A DNA stretch of 63,965 nucleotides, counting the filler, from Babesia bigemina (Eukaryota): the NCBI RefSeq assembly GCF_000981445.1. It is 12 parts of 12 records of this genome, joined end to end, with 100 filler letters (N's around TTAATTAATTAA, not from the genome) between each part and the next. Parts side by side here need not be neighbours in the genome. Positions count along the whole stretch, not along the records: positions 30,706 to 33,076 come from NW_012236947.1; positions 33,177 to 36,652 come from NW_012236948.1; positions 36,753 to 39,242 come from NW_012236949.1; positions 39,343 to 42,273 come from NW_012236950.1; positions 42,374 to 46,073 come from NW_012236951.1; 7 more parts are not named here. One strand, 5' to 3'. The stretch's first letter is position 1. Every line of letters begins with the position of its first letter. Under the pieces are notes generated by a model that saw only the letters and a list, made by a program, of their open reading frames with translations, had not been told where the DNA came from and made no database searches. The position numbers were made by a program, and so were the translations under genes. Of the stretch, positions 31,070 through 42,375 are shown piece after piece.

Positions 31070-31585
31070 ACTGTCATCGCTGCCGCAACCGTGTCATCGC
31101 TGCCGTGACCATGTCATCGCTGCCTAACCATGTCACCGCTGCCTAACCATGTCACCGCTGCCGTGACCATGTCATCGCTGCCGTGACCATGTCATCGCTG
31201 CCGTCACCACTGTCATCGCTGCCGTGACCATGTCATCGCTGCCGTGTCCATGTCATCGCTGCCGTGACCATCAACTGTCATCGCAGCTGTAACCATGTCA
31301 TCGCTGCCTAACCATGTCATCGCTGCCGTGACCACTGTCATCGCTGCCGTGACCATGTCATCGCTGCCGTGTCCATGTCATCGCTGCCGTGACCATCAAC
31401 TGTCATCGCAGCTGTAACCATGTCATCGCTGCCTAACCATGTCATCGCTGCCGTGACCATCAACTGTCATCGCAGCTGTAACCATGTCATCGCTGCCGTG
31501 ACCATGTCATCGCTGCCGTGACCATCTCACCACTTAGGTCACCACTGTCTTCGCTGCCGTGACCATGTCATCGCTGCCGTGACCA
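31070..31585. repeat. Repeat B array, followed by a few repeat E units (31590-31650)
   Basis: 20-bp units. Confidence 0.94.
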
Positions 31586-31742
31586 CTAACTTGGTCATGG
31601 CATTGGTCAGCACTTTGGTCATGGCATTGGTCATGGCATTGGTTAGGTGGTTGGTCACCTCGCTGCCCATGCAATTGATCATCAACGCAATCGTTACTCT
31701 GTCGAAAACATTAGATGTCAGTCGCCAGTTAGGTTATTGTGA

Positions 31743-32183
31743 TCAGCTGCGCAGTAGATACCGCACCCTGTGGAAGGGCCGGATGCGGAAGTAGACCATG
31801 GCGCAAATGACGACGACGATGAGGGCGACGGGGACGATGATGTAAGGGGCGGGGTTGGAGGGAGAGGTAGATGGTGGACCGGTGTGAGGATCTGCACGGG
31901 GGGGAGAGGCGGCACGGGAGGAAGAAGAGCCACGCTGTGGACTGGGGGAATCAGGGGAACGATATACTTTTATGCGTTTCGCGACACAACAGTTACATTG
32001 ACACCTGGTGTCACATTGTTTACATCTCACATGATCGCACTGCTCTACTCCACTCATGAGCGAAAGTCGAAACTTAGCGCATCGAAGACAATATTGCTCA
32101 CATCCTCCACAACACCACGGACAACAATAACATTTAGTTAAGGTACAGGTTGTCTTACACTTACACGGCGGAGTATAGCTCAT
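31743..32183 (-). CDS. Small Cys-rich CCPWCC protein with Ser/Pro linker, TM and basic tail, 146 aa
   Basis: ATG in GGGGAAG-ATG context; CYCCPWCC; TM IIVPVALIVVVICAMVYF; same position between repeats D and B as 963-1532. Confidence 0.8.
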   Translation of the reverse strand: MSYTPPCKCKTTCTLTKCYCCPWCCGGCEQYCLRCAKFRLSLMSGVEQCDHVRCKQCDTRCQCNCCVAKRIKVYRSPDSPSPQRGSSSSRAASPPRADPHTGPPSTSPSNPAPYIIVPVALIVVVICAMVYFRIRPFHRVRYLLRS

Positions 32184-32184
32184 C

Positions 32185-32965
32185 TTCCCCTCTCCCTCCC
32201 ACTCCCCTCAACCTGCAGACATATCAATCACCTAGCAACGCACTCACCAACTGCAACACGTACCACTGCCGCTACCACTCCCCTCAACCTGCGAACATGT
32301 CAATCACCTAGCAACGCACTCACCAACTGCAACAATACCACTGCCGCTCCCAGTCCCCTCAACCTGCAGACATATCAATCACTTAGCAAGCACTCACCTA
32401 CTACAACACGCACCACTCCCGCTCCCACTCCCCTCAGCCTGCAAGCATATCAGTCACCTGAGCAACGCACTCACCAACTGCAACACGTACCACTGCCGCT
32501 CCCAGTCCCCTCAACCTGCAAACATATCAATCACTTAAGCAGCACTCACCAACCACAACACGTACCACTGCCGCTCCCAGTTCCCTCAACCTGCAAGCAT
32601 ATCAATCACTCAAGCAAGAACTCACCAATTGCAACACTACCACTGCCGCTCCCACTCCCCTCAACCTGCAAACATATCAATCACTCAAGCAACGCACTCA
32701 ACAACTGCAACACGTACCACTGCCGCGCCCAGTCCCCTCAACCTGCGAACATATCAATCACCTAGCAACGCACTCACCAACTGCAACACGTACCACTGCC
32801 GCGCCCAGTCCCCTCAACCTGCGAACATATCAATCACCTAGCAACGCACTCACCAACTGCAACACGTAACACTCCCACTCCCAGTCCCCTCAACCTGCAG
32901 ACATATCAATCACCTAGCAAGCACTCACCAACTGCAACTCGTACCACTGCCGCTCCCAGTCCCCT
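32185..32965. repeat. Repeat D array (~10 units of ~76 bp)
   Basis: ATATCAATCA-like word recurs at 32221, 32297 and onward. Confidence 0.95.
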
Positions 32966-33176
32966 CATCAACACGTACCCTCACCCCTGTATCCCCCAGC
33001 CCCGGCCACCGACACCCACGCTGCCCGGGATACCACAGCTGCCCTGACGCGACGCATGTGATCAGCACCAACTGTCNNNNNNNNNNNNNNNNNNNNNNNN
33101 NNNNNNNNNNNNNNNNNNNNTTAATTAATTAANNNNNNNNNNNNNNNNNNNNNNNNNNNNNNNNNNNNNNNNNNNN

Positions 33177-36085
33177 TCAAGCAGGGGGGTCGTGGTCCTG
33201 GCAAAGGATTCGGGAGCGAGGGTGGCAGTTGCGGAGGAGAGACTGTCAAGCAAGGCGGGGAGTTCGTGGTTATAGCGGTGGCTTGTATTAATGTGATCAA
33301 GTAGGTTGTTGATCGCGGTATGTGCAGCGTTGAGCCTGGAGGTGTAGAGCTTCTCAAGGTATTTCGATTCAGTGTGTGTTAGCTGGTAATTAAGCGTTTG
33401 TTTGTACTGCTTGTCCAGCCTCGAAATCTCTTCCTTGACGTAGCCGTGGATATTGTTGAAGTAATGCTCGAAGGCATCTACTAAGGCCTTGAAATGTTCC
33501 TTGGTTGGCCTCTCTTCCTCGGGTGGCGGAGGTACAGCGTTCTTAATTGCATCAAACAGCTTAGTACCTCCCGACGTGTAGAACTCAGCTTCCTTTTTGT
33601 GTTCAGCAATAAACTTAACCCCCTGCACAGTCTTCATCAGCCCCTTGTAATCAATGGTCAGATCCTTGTCGATCAGCGTCGTCAGTCCCGTCAAGTGGCC
33701 CTGAACTCTGGCGGTGAAGTTTTGCAGCTCAGTCTTGAGGGTGGAGACGTAGTGCTTTTTGGCCTGGGTGGTGAGTGTTTTAATGGCGTCGGCAACTTGT
33801 TCATCGACATATTTTTCAAGTGCCTTGATTGTAACTTGTCCTGATTCAGTGGCTTTTTGAAGAAAGTCAGTGCATAGGGTGATAGTACCCTGTATCTCCT
33901 TGACACGTAGGTCGTCGATTTGTTTCCTGATCCCAGCCAGTTTCTCATCAATCTGCCCTTTTTTCATCTCCCTCATAAACCAGTTGACCTCGTTGGCTGC
34001 CCATCTCACCGCTGCGCAGAGCTCATTGAGGTTGTGTTTCACATTCTCAATGTTCTTGGTTTGCAGCAGGCCAATATCATTTTTGATCGTCTCGAGGCCT
34101 TTGACGGGGGCGTGACTTTCCAAGCCCTTTGCGGTGAGGTTGACAGTACCTCCACCGGTACGCATTTCATCAAGCGCACCTAAGTATTGTTGGATGCCGT
34201 CGTTTGAATCTTGACCGCCTTGCACTTTCGTGGTTGTTTTTGTAGCGCTGTCAACCAGCCCGGCGATTTCTTTTAGTTTCGTGGTGATTTGGTCGAAGGG
34301 GGATTGGAAAGTGGTCGATTTATCTATTTCTGATGCGAGGTCACCAGCAGTAAGCTTACTCGTCACCTGCCCCTCCACCGCCTCCTTCACCTTCCACAAA
34401 TCCTCTTTCAGCTTCCCGTCCATCTCTTTCACCTGCGTTAGAGCATCTTTAACCCATGTACCAATATTGCCCTTAATATGCTCCGCCGCCTTTCTCAGCT
34501 TCTCAGCCTTCTCTTTCATTGTCTCAGCTAACTTATAAATTTTGTCACTACCTGCACTTTTAGTCTCCACCATATCACCAATTGTCTTACACTTCTCCTT
34601 CGCCGCGCTAACAGCGCTCCCTGCAGCCTTATTCCATGTATCCAACTCTGTGACTCTCTGCTTCAATCCAGCTTCCAGTTCGCTGATTGATGTGTCCAGA
34701 TTTTTCTTGTGGTTCGGCTTTCTATCTTTTGCGGCTTCATCAACTTCTTTTTTTATTGCTCCCACCTGTTTTTCGATTACATTATCAATGAACGTTTTGG
34801 CCGTCTCCATCCACTTATCCAGATCCAGAAGATAATTTTCAAGCGTACGACAAATATGCCTACACTCCTTCAAAATGTTTTTGACCTTCTCATTTAGTAG
34901 ACTGATAAGTCCATTCACCTGGCTCCTAATCTCCTGATTCAACTTATCTTTTACGACTAACAGAACACTTGTAATTTTCGTCTCCATCTCCTCGTACTGT
35001 TCTTTCTCATTCTTCTGCACTCTGCCAAGACGCTGACCTTCACGCTCCACATTGTCTCTGGCTTTATTAATTTGTTCGTTTGCTTCATGGCCTAAATCTT
35101 TGATTTTATCTTTCAGATTAAATAAGTCTGCTTTAAATGTTTTGGCAAGCTTTTTACATTTTTCTACCATCTCAGTCACTTCAATTTTAGATTTCTCAAT
35201 TTTGTCTGCAAGAGGTTCAGCATCTTTTTCCTCTTTGGTAGGATATGTTTTCTTAATTTGATCTTGTATTGTTGTCATTTCATCATCTAAATCTGTTATC
35301 TTTTTTCTGACCTCACTGCTTCTTTCACTTACTGTATCATTATACTCCCGCACCCTCTGCGCCACCGTCTCAATGACCTCAAAACCCTTACGCCCGGTGG
35401 ATAATTTGGATTCAAAGTCAGTAACAATGTTTTCAAGTATATCTTTGCCTACTTTGTAAGGCTGTTTCTCGCTGACATCCTTAAGCACGCCACTCAAAAA
35501 TCCCATCACCGCGTCACACAGCCTGTCAAGGTCAGAGTACACTATCCCACTGCCATCGTAGCCTTTGGTAGCAGAGTTGAAGCCGAGGAATTTCTGAAGA
35601 CCGTCACATAAATTATCTAAGAGATTTTTAGGCTCATTTTGTTGATTATTAGAATTCTCATAAAATCCACAAAGCTTCTCCACTTTCTTCAAAGCCTCCA
35701 ACTTGGACTGCAATTTGGCTGACTCAGCAGAGGCAGAGGGGGAAGAAGGAGAGGGATTAAGAGGGTTATTAAGGCTATTAATACGTTGAGTAATTAGAGT
35801 AATTTCTTTCTTAACTGCTTCACTAAGCTCACTAATTTTCTGGTTGTCATCAGCCTGGCCATCAGACTTGACAGACTCAGAAAGCTTAGTAACATAAGAA
35901 GAGTAAACATCATTTAGGTCTTTTTTAAGGTGTGGATTAGTGTCGAAACAAGCTTTAATAGCTTTCACAACGGCTTTCTTAACACTCTCACTTTGACCAA
36001 CAAATCCTCCAAGCTGGCCAGCAAGGTGACCAAGGCTAATGAGCTTGGAGTCAATGTCCTGCAAGGCTCTTCTAGTAGCATCATG
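33177..36085 (-). pseudogene. ves-like gene, 3' end cut by contig edge, 5' leader replaced by a retroelement 3' end
   Basis: DIDSKLISLGHLAGQLGGFVG, GYDGSGIVYSDLDRLCDAVM; in-frame TAA immediately upstream, in the retroelement UTR. Confidence 0.75.
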
Positions 36086-36652
36086 TTAAATTAAGTTATC
36101 TCATCTTATAGTGTGCTATGTGGCTACGTGCCTAGGGCCGGTTTTCGTGTTTGCGGGGCTAACGCCTCACGCTGAAACCGGTTGCGGGATCCACGCCGGT
36201 CCATTGCCGGACGTCACTGGTGCCATCCATGCGGGCATCCATCCAGTTTGGGCTTGAGGGTCTTCTACGGAATCGTAGTCTTCTTTCGGCTTCATATCCC
36301 TCATCACTATTTTATGTGTTTCTTGGATCACTACCCTTTGTATGTGGGCTTCCATGCGATCCGATATGCCCAGGTCCCGTCTGTACTTGCTGTGCTCCTT
36401 TGTCACTATTCCCTCCCACGTCATAACGTAGGGGATAACCCTGATCTTGGTGTGCTGGTTAAACTGTCGCGCCTTGAGGTCCTCAATAAGGTCTTCATAC
36501 TTCTGCTTCTTGAACTTCTCCGTATCCACTAGGTTGTCTTGATTGGTGATTCCTATCTCCACGATGGTTATGGTGTTCCTCCGCCGATCCGCCAGGATGA
36601 TGTCTGGCCTGTTGTATTCCTTAGTCTTCTGAGTCTTGACCGTCTTGTCGTA
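36085..36652 (-). mobile_element. 3' end of an RLE-type non-LTR retrotransposon (endonuclease domain plus ~80-nt 3' UTR)
   Basis: Frame open from contig edge 36652 to TGA 36167: YNRPDIILADRRRNTITIVEIGITNQDNLVDTEKFKKQKYEDL...VIPYVMTWEGIV fits the RPD-x12-E...K-x2-KY signature of R2/R4/NeSL-like elements. No RT domain is visible because of truncation. Confidence 0.8.
36167..36652 (-). CDS. C-terminal restriction-like endonuclease domain of retrotransposon ORF (5'-partial)
   Basis: 161 open codons with PD-(D/E)xK-type motif. Confidence 0.8.
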   Translation of the reverse strand, partial: YDKTVKTQKTKEYNRPDIILADRRRNTITIVEIGITNQDNLVDTEKFKKQKYEDLIEDLKARQFNQHTKIRVIPYVMTWEGIVTKEHSKYRRDLGISDRMEAHIQRVVIQETHKIVMRDMKPKEDYDSVEDPQAQTGWMPAWMAPVTSGNGPAWIPQPVSA

Positions 36653-36752
36653 NNNNNNNNNNNNNNNNNNNNNNNNNNNNNNNNNNNNNNNNNNNNTTAA
36701 TTAATTAANNNNNNNNNNNNNNNNNNNNNNNNNNNNNNNNNNNNNNNNNNNN

Positions 36753-37387
36753 AAGGGGCGATGTAGAGTGGATAAAGGAGCGATGTAGAGTGGGTTAGGG
36801 AGCGATGTAGAGTGGTTTTAGGGGCGATCTAGAGTGGTTTAAGGGGCGATGTAGAGTGGTTAAAGGGGCGATGTAGAGGGGTTTAGGGGCCGATGTAGAC
36901 TGGGTTAAGGGGCGATGTAGAGTGGACTAAGGGGCGATGTAGAGTGGATAAAGGGCCGATTTAGAGTGGGTAAAGGGCCGATGTAGAGTGGGTTAGGGGC
37001 GATGTGGAGTGGATAGAGGGGCGATGTAGAGTGGGTTAAGGAGCGATGTAGAGTGGATTAGGGAGCGATGAAGGGTGGGTTAAGGAGCGATGTAGAGTGG
37101 ACAAAGGGGCGATGTAGAGTGGATAAAGGGGCGATGTAGAGTGGGTTAAGGAGCGATGTGGAGTGGATAAAGGGGCGATGTAGAGTGGGTTAAGGGGCGA
37201 TGTGGAGTGGTTTAAGGGTCGATGTAGAGTGGATTAGGGAGCGATGTGGAGTGGGTTAGGGAGCGATGTGGAGTGGGTTAAGGAGCGATGTAGAGTGGAC
37301 AAAGGAGCGATGTGGAGTGGATAAAGGGGCGATGTGGAGTGGATAAAGGGGCGATGTGGAGTGGGTTAGGGAGCGATGTAGAGTGGA
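36753..37387. repeat. Repeat A array
   Basis: 22-bp units. Confidence 0.95.
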
Positions 37388-37407
37388 TGATAAAAATCAC
37401 TTAGGTC

Positions 37408-38513
37408 ACCATGCCACCGCTGCCGTAACCATTAACTGTCATCGCTGCCGTAACCATTAACTGTCATCGCTGCCGTAACCATGTCATCGCTGCCGTGTCC
37501 CTGTCATCGCTGCCGTGACCATGTCATCGCTGCCGTGACCATGTCATCGCTGCCGTGACCATGTCATCGCTGCCGTGACCATGTCATCGCTGCCGTGACC
37601 ATGTCATCGCTGCCGTAACCATGTCATCGCTGCCGTGACCATGTCATCGCTGCCGTAACCATGACATCGCTGCTGTGTCCATGTCATCGCTGCCGTAACC
37701 ATGTCATCGCTGCCGTGACTATGACATCGCTGCCGTGACTATGACATCGCTGCCGTGACTATGTCATCGCTGCTGTAACATGTCATCGCTGCCGTAACCA
37801 TGTCATCGCTGCCGTAGCCATGCCACCGCTGCCGTAACCATTAACTGTCATCGCTGCCGTAACCATTAACTGTCATCGCTGCCGTAACCATGTCATCGCT
37901 GCCGTGTCCCTGTCATCGCTGCCGTGACCATGTCATCGCTGCCGTGACCATGTCATCGCTGCCGTGACCATGTCATCGCTGCCGTGACCATGTCATCGCT
38001 GCCGTGACCATGTCATCGCTGCCGTGACCATGTCATCGCTGCCTTAACCATGTCACCGCTGCCTTAACCATGTCATCGCTGCCGTGACCATGTCATCGCT
38101 GCCGTGTCCATGTCATCGCTGCCGTGACCATGTCATCGCTGCTGTGAGCATGCCATCGCTGCCGTGACCATGTCATCTGCTTGGTCACCACTGTCATCGC
38201 TGCCGTGTCCATTTCATCGCTGCCGTGTCCATGTCATCGCTGCTGAGTCACTGTCATCGCTGCCGTGACCATGTCATCGCTGCCGTGACCATGTCATCGC
38301 TGCCGTGTCAATGTCATCGCTGCCGTGACCATGTCATCGCTGCCGTGACCATGTCATCGCTGCCGTGTCAATGTCATCGCTGCCGTGACCATGTCATCGC
38401 TGCTGAATCCCCTGTCACCGCTGCCGTGACCATGTCATCGCTGCCGTAACCAAGACATCGCTGCCGTAACCAAGACATCGCTGCCGTAACCAAGACATCG
38501 CTGCCGTGACCAT
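37408..38513. repeat. Repeat B array, followed by repeat E units (38515-38585)
   Basis: 20-bp units. Confidence 0.96.
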
Positions 38514-38707
38514 CAACTTGGTCATGGCATTGGTCAGCACATTGGTCAGCACTTTGGTCATGGCATTGGTCAGGTGCTTGGTCACCTCACTGCTCATGTG
38601 ATTGGTCATCAGTGCAATCATTACTGTCTACAACATTAGGTGTCAGTTGTCAGTTAGGTGATCAGTGGGATTTGGATTACGATGTTGGCGCTAACAGATT
38701 GCGGAGA

Positions 38708-38887
38708 TCAGCTGTAAAACGCGATGCAGAAGGGTATCTTGCGTACGAGGAAATCGCGGATGTTGCGGCCCACCGGAAAGCGGAAGATGCACAGGTCGAG
38801 CAGGATGATGGCGACGATGATGGCAACGATGACGGCGGCGATGACCGAGTAGGGAGTGGTCACCTCACTGCTCATGTGCTTGGTCAT
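38708..38887 (-). pseudogene. Isolated TM-plus-tail segment of the 963-1532 gene type (59-aa mini-ORF)
   Basis: MTKHMSSEVTTPYSVIAAVIVAIIVAIILLDLCIFRFPVGRNIRDFLVRKIPFCIAFYS; no Cys domain. Confidence 0.65.
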
Positions 38888-38947
38888 CAACGCGATCACT
38901 ATTTTGTCTATAACATTAGATGTCAGTTGCCAGTTAGGTTAACGTGA

Positions 38948-39094
38948 TCAGCTGCGCAGTAGATACCGCACCCTGTGGAACGGCCGGATGCGGAAGTAGA
39001 CCATGACGCAGATGACGACGATGATGAGGGCGACGGGGATGATGATGTAAGGGGCGGCAGTTATGGTCACCGCACTGCTCATGTAATTTGCCAT
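38948..39094 (-). pseudogene. Isolated TM-plus-tail segment of the 31743-32183 gene type (48-aa mini-ORF)
   Basis: My translation MANYMSSAVTITAAPYIIIPVALIIVVICVMVYFRIRPFHRVRYLLRS. Confidence 0.65.
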
Positions 39095-39191
39095 CAAGCA
39101 ATCATTACTGTCTACAACATTAGATGTGAGTTGCCAGTTAGGTGATCAATGGGATTATGATTAACAAAGTTTGCGCTAACAATCGCTGAGT

Positions 39192-39242
39192 TTAGCTGTA
39201 AAACGCGATGCAGAACGGTACTTTGCGTACGAGGAAATCGCG
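39192..39242 (-). CDS. 3' end of another 963-type gene or tail segment (cut by contig edge)
   Basis: RDFLVRKVPFCIAFYS-TAA. Confidence 0.6.
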   Translation of the reverse strand, partial: RDFLVRKVPFCIAFYS

Positions 39243-39344
39243 NNNNNNNNNNNNNNNNNNNNNNNNNNNNNNNNNNNNNNNNNNNNTTAATTAATTAANN
39301 NNNNNNNNNNNNNNNNNNNNNNNNNNNNNNNNNNNNNNNNNNAC

Positions 39345-41087
39345 ATATATCAGATGCTTCAATGGTGTTGTGGGCTTCGATATAATCCTATGTATGAAGG
39401 CGTATGCGAATACATCCGAGAATTATTCCCCAAAGTCGAAAAAGGTAAAAATGAACAGTATTCCAACGTTCATCCTGTTCTGCTGAAGCAACCTGCCACC
39501 CAGGACTTTAATGCTCAAGACGTATACTACAACCTTCAAGACGTCTGCAAACAAACTGAAACTGTGTTGATCGCCATACAGGGCCACGGCCACGCGGCTG
39601 GCCGGTACGCGGTTGACTTCAGCACTAATGAGGACAAGCTATTATATCCAAACAAGCCATCGCAGTGCTTCGATCAGCTCTTCGCAATATTATGTAGGCT
39701 TCACCAGCAACTGTACTTCTTATGTTCACAGGTCCACAACGGCACTGAAAGCAGCGGATGGCGTGACTGCTGGTATGGCAGATACGTTGGTGGTTCGGCA
39801 TGGGACTGCAATACCCATCAATGTGCTGACCAAAAGTGCAACCAAACACGTAACCAAATACATGACCAAAACGGTGACCAACACCCTAGTTGCGGTTTGA
39901 AATCGCCGCTTCAGTCCTTCCTCGAAGATGGTCTGCCAGCGTTCCTGCCTCATTCAATTGGCAATATTGGTTGTAGAATAACCTGTAACATGAGTAACCA
40001 CTTCGGCAAACCATGCAAAACGCCGATGGGCTTTACCGATATTACCACCGTCGCATCGCATACCATGAAAGGTGAGCATCTCAAAGCCGTTCTACGACAT
40101 TTCTGCGGCTATCAAGTTTCCGCCCTCAGCAAGCTGTGCGCTCAACTTAATTGTCTTCTTGCCACCACACCGAAGACTTTGGATGATTTGTTCAGTTTCT
40201 TCTTCAATTTCCTGTATCACTGGAATCACAGAGGGCAAGAGCACAAGAAAGAAGCATTTAATAAAGCAATCAACAAGGCATATTTCGAGAATCCCTATGA
40301 CCTTAATCCCACTACCATTCTTAACAGTAGCCATCATCACGACAGATCCGGAAATAATAATCATCTTACTGGCGATCTATTTAGCCTTGTCTATTGCAAT
40401 TATGCAACCGATGCATCAGTGCGACCGTGTGGTTACTATTTGAAACCACTTAGTGAGGACATCAGCTGTATATTTTCCTATAGAAATGCCGACAAATATC
40501 TTTCTTGGGTTGTATACCTTACCGAAACCTTCTATAATCTTCTTCACCAATTGTGGAAGGAATGTTGCGACAACTGTACGTCGCCTGGATCCAAATGCCA
40601 TGGTAAAGTTTGTATCGAGAATTGTCCATTAAGCAATGAGAAGCCACAAAGCAGCGACAACCATGACCCAGGCTGCAAATCCATAGTGCAGTGCCCTGCT
40701 ACTCGTCCTACATTATCGAAATATGGATTTACATTATATAGTCCACACAAGCTTACTGGCGCGGGGACGTTTGCAAATCAGAAAAGAACATGCAAAGATT
40801 TCTGCGACGCACTGAAAATCATAGTTGGCGAAAATTCAGTACTCATCGATTTACGACAGCGGATCGACAACTTCATTTGGACCATCAGAGAACCGTTCAC
40901 CTATCTCGTCCTGGCACTTTGGTCGCTATCTCTCTTCTACCTCCTCTGCGTAATGGTTGGCAGACTGGATGTGCTCCACATACGCTCACACCTGAGGATA
41001 CCGTCGTCGCACAAGATAACAGCGCAATCATTGTTGGCAGCAGCGCAAGTCGGAAGGCTTGCCAAGATATCGTACCTGCAACCGTGA
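39345..41087 (+). CDS. ves-like gene, 5'-partial; class II Cys-rich region with class I tail
   Basis: CGLKSPLQSFLEDGL and YLSWVVYLTETFY, but ends LAKISYLQP. Confidence 0.82.
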   Translation: MYQMLQWCCGLRYNPMYEGVCEYIRELFPKVEKGKNEQYSNVHPVLLKQPATQDFNAQDVYYNLQDVCKQTETVLIAIQGHGHAAGRYAVDFSTNEDKLLYPNKPSQCFDQLFAILCRLHQQLYFLCSQVHNGTESSGWRDCWYGRYVGGSAWDCNTHQCADQKCNQTRNQIHDQNGDQHPSCGLKSPLQSFLEDGLPAFLPHSIGNIGCRITCNMSNHFGKPCKTPMGFTDITTVASHTMKGEHLKAVLRHFCGYQVSALSKLCAQLNCLLATTPKTLDDLFSFFFNFLYHWNHRGQEHKKEAFNKAINKAYFENPYDLNPTTILNSSHHHDRSGNNNHLTGDLFSLVYCNYATDASVRPCGYYLKPLSEDISCIFSYRNADKYLSWVVYLTETFYNLLHQLWKECCDNCTSPGSKCHGKVCIENCPLSNEKPQSSDNHDPGCKSIVQCPATRPTLSKYGFTLYSPHKLTGAGTFANQKRTCKDFCDALKIIVGENSVLIDLRQRIDNFIWTIREPFTYLVLALWSLSLFYLLCVMVGRLDVLHIRSHLRIPSSHKITAQSLLAAAQVGRLAKISYLQP

Positions 41088-41239
41088 TCGTACTCACGTC
41101 TGTAATTCACATCAACTCACGTAACTACTCACTTAGAGAATCACCTACTCACCTAAAAAACAAACGTAGTCTAATGTTTTGAATTACTCTAGCGGCAACC
41201 TGTGAACTAAATAGCGTTAAGATTAAGTGATGAGTAAAC

Positions 41240-41552
41240 GACCAAGCTAAGTGCTAAGCTGGCACACAGGCAAAGTGCTGAGCAAGCAACCAGGCTAAGT
41301 GTTGACCTAGCGACCAGGCAAAGTGCTAAGCTGGCACCCAGGCAAAGTGGTAAGCTAGCAATCAGGCAAAGTGGTAAGCTGGCATCCAGGCAAAGTGGTA
41401 AGCAAGCACCCGGGTAAAGTGCTAAGCAAGCAACCAGGCAAAGTGGTAAGCTAGCACACAAGCAAAGTGGTAAGCTGGCACACAGGCAAAGTGGTAAGCT
41501 AGCACACAGGCAAAGTGCTAAGCTAGCAACCAGGCAAAGTGGTAAGCTGGCG
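41240..41552. repeat. Repeat C array
   Basis: 24-bp units. Confidence 0.94.
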
Positions 41553-42045
41553 GATGAAACGTAATATGGCAAGTTGGTTGTTGCGTTGAGCTGTGCGTTG
41601 ACTGTGAGAGGTGTCTGCGTTGCCTATTGAGTCAGTGTCACGTGAGGCTGGGTGATTGGTTTCTAACGTAGGCGGTCGTGAAGGCCGCGGCGGGTGACCT
41701 AAGTCGTGTGTTGCGAGTCGCTGGCACGGTGGCGTAATCGGCGTTGGCCTCGTTAAGTAGCGTTTATAGGCAGCGATGTAGCGATTGTTAATATCACATT
41801 TAGGCACGTAGCCGACACGCTCCGCCAGTATGGCGCCGATACCGCGGCTCGTAGCACGGTGCTGCTGCACTGTGGGAGTTGAGCGCACGGGGTTCGCTGC
41901 AATTTTAATGGCGTTGCGAATAGTGAGTAATTTAGAGTGACAGTTGGTGCCGATAACATGCGTCGCGTCAGGCGTAACCGTGGTATCCTGGGCAGCGTGG
42001 GTGTCGGTGGCCTGGGCTGGGTGGATACAGGGGTGAGGGTTAAGT
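41550..42045 (+). promoter_or_regulatory. Copy of the conserved ~500-bp element
   Basis: Reverse-complement match to 1861-2358. Confidence 0.5.
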
Positions 42046-42120
42046 AAGTCATGTTGCAGTTGGTGAGTGCGTTGCTAGGTGATTGACATGTCTGCAGGGT
42101 GAGGGGACTGGGAGCGGCAT

Positions 42121-42273
42121 CAGTCCAGTTACGCTGGAGTCTGAGGCTCGTCCTGAATGATATCAAGCTTGAATTCGTTTCAGCATTCACGAGGCTGCAT
42201 ATGTGGCATGAATGCGCACATATGCAGCCTCGTGAATGCTGAATTGACACCGATTTGAAAGCGACTAAACCGT
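42121..42273. other. Cloning vector/adapter contamination
   Basis: CAGTCCAGTTACGCTGGAGTC is the pSMART SL1 primer site as I recall it, followed by EcoRV/HindIII/EcoRI sites and a perfect 27-bp inverted repeat at the contig end. Confidence 0.88.
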
Positions 42274-42375
42274 NNNNNNNNNNNNNNNNNNNNNNNNNNN
42301 NNNNNNNNNNNNNNNNNTTAATTAATTAANNNNNNNNNNNNNNNNNNNNNNNNNNNNNNNNNNNNNNNNNNNNGC

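Noticed and set aside
32185..32965. Repeat arrays as CRISPR
   Set aside because: No unique spacers, no cas genes, eukaryotic context.
41769..41785. GGCAGCGATGTAG in the element as common seed of repeats A and B
   Set aside because: Present in only one of four copies.
42179..42243. Perfect 27-bp inverted repeat as terminator, MITE or ncRNA
   Set aside because: Directly follows vector polylinker at a contig end; most likely an adapter artefact.
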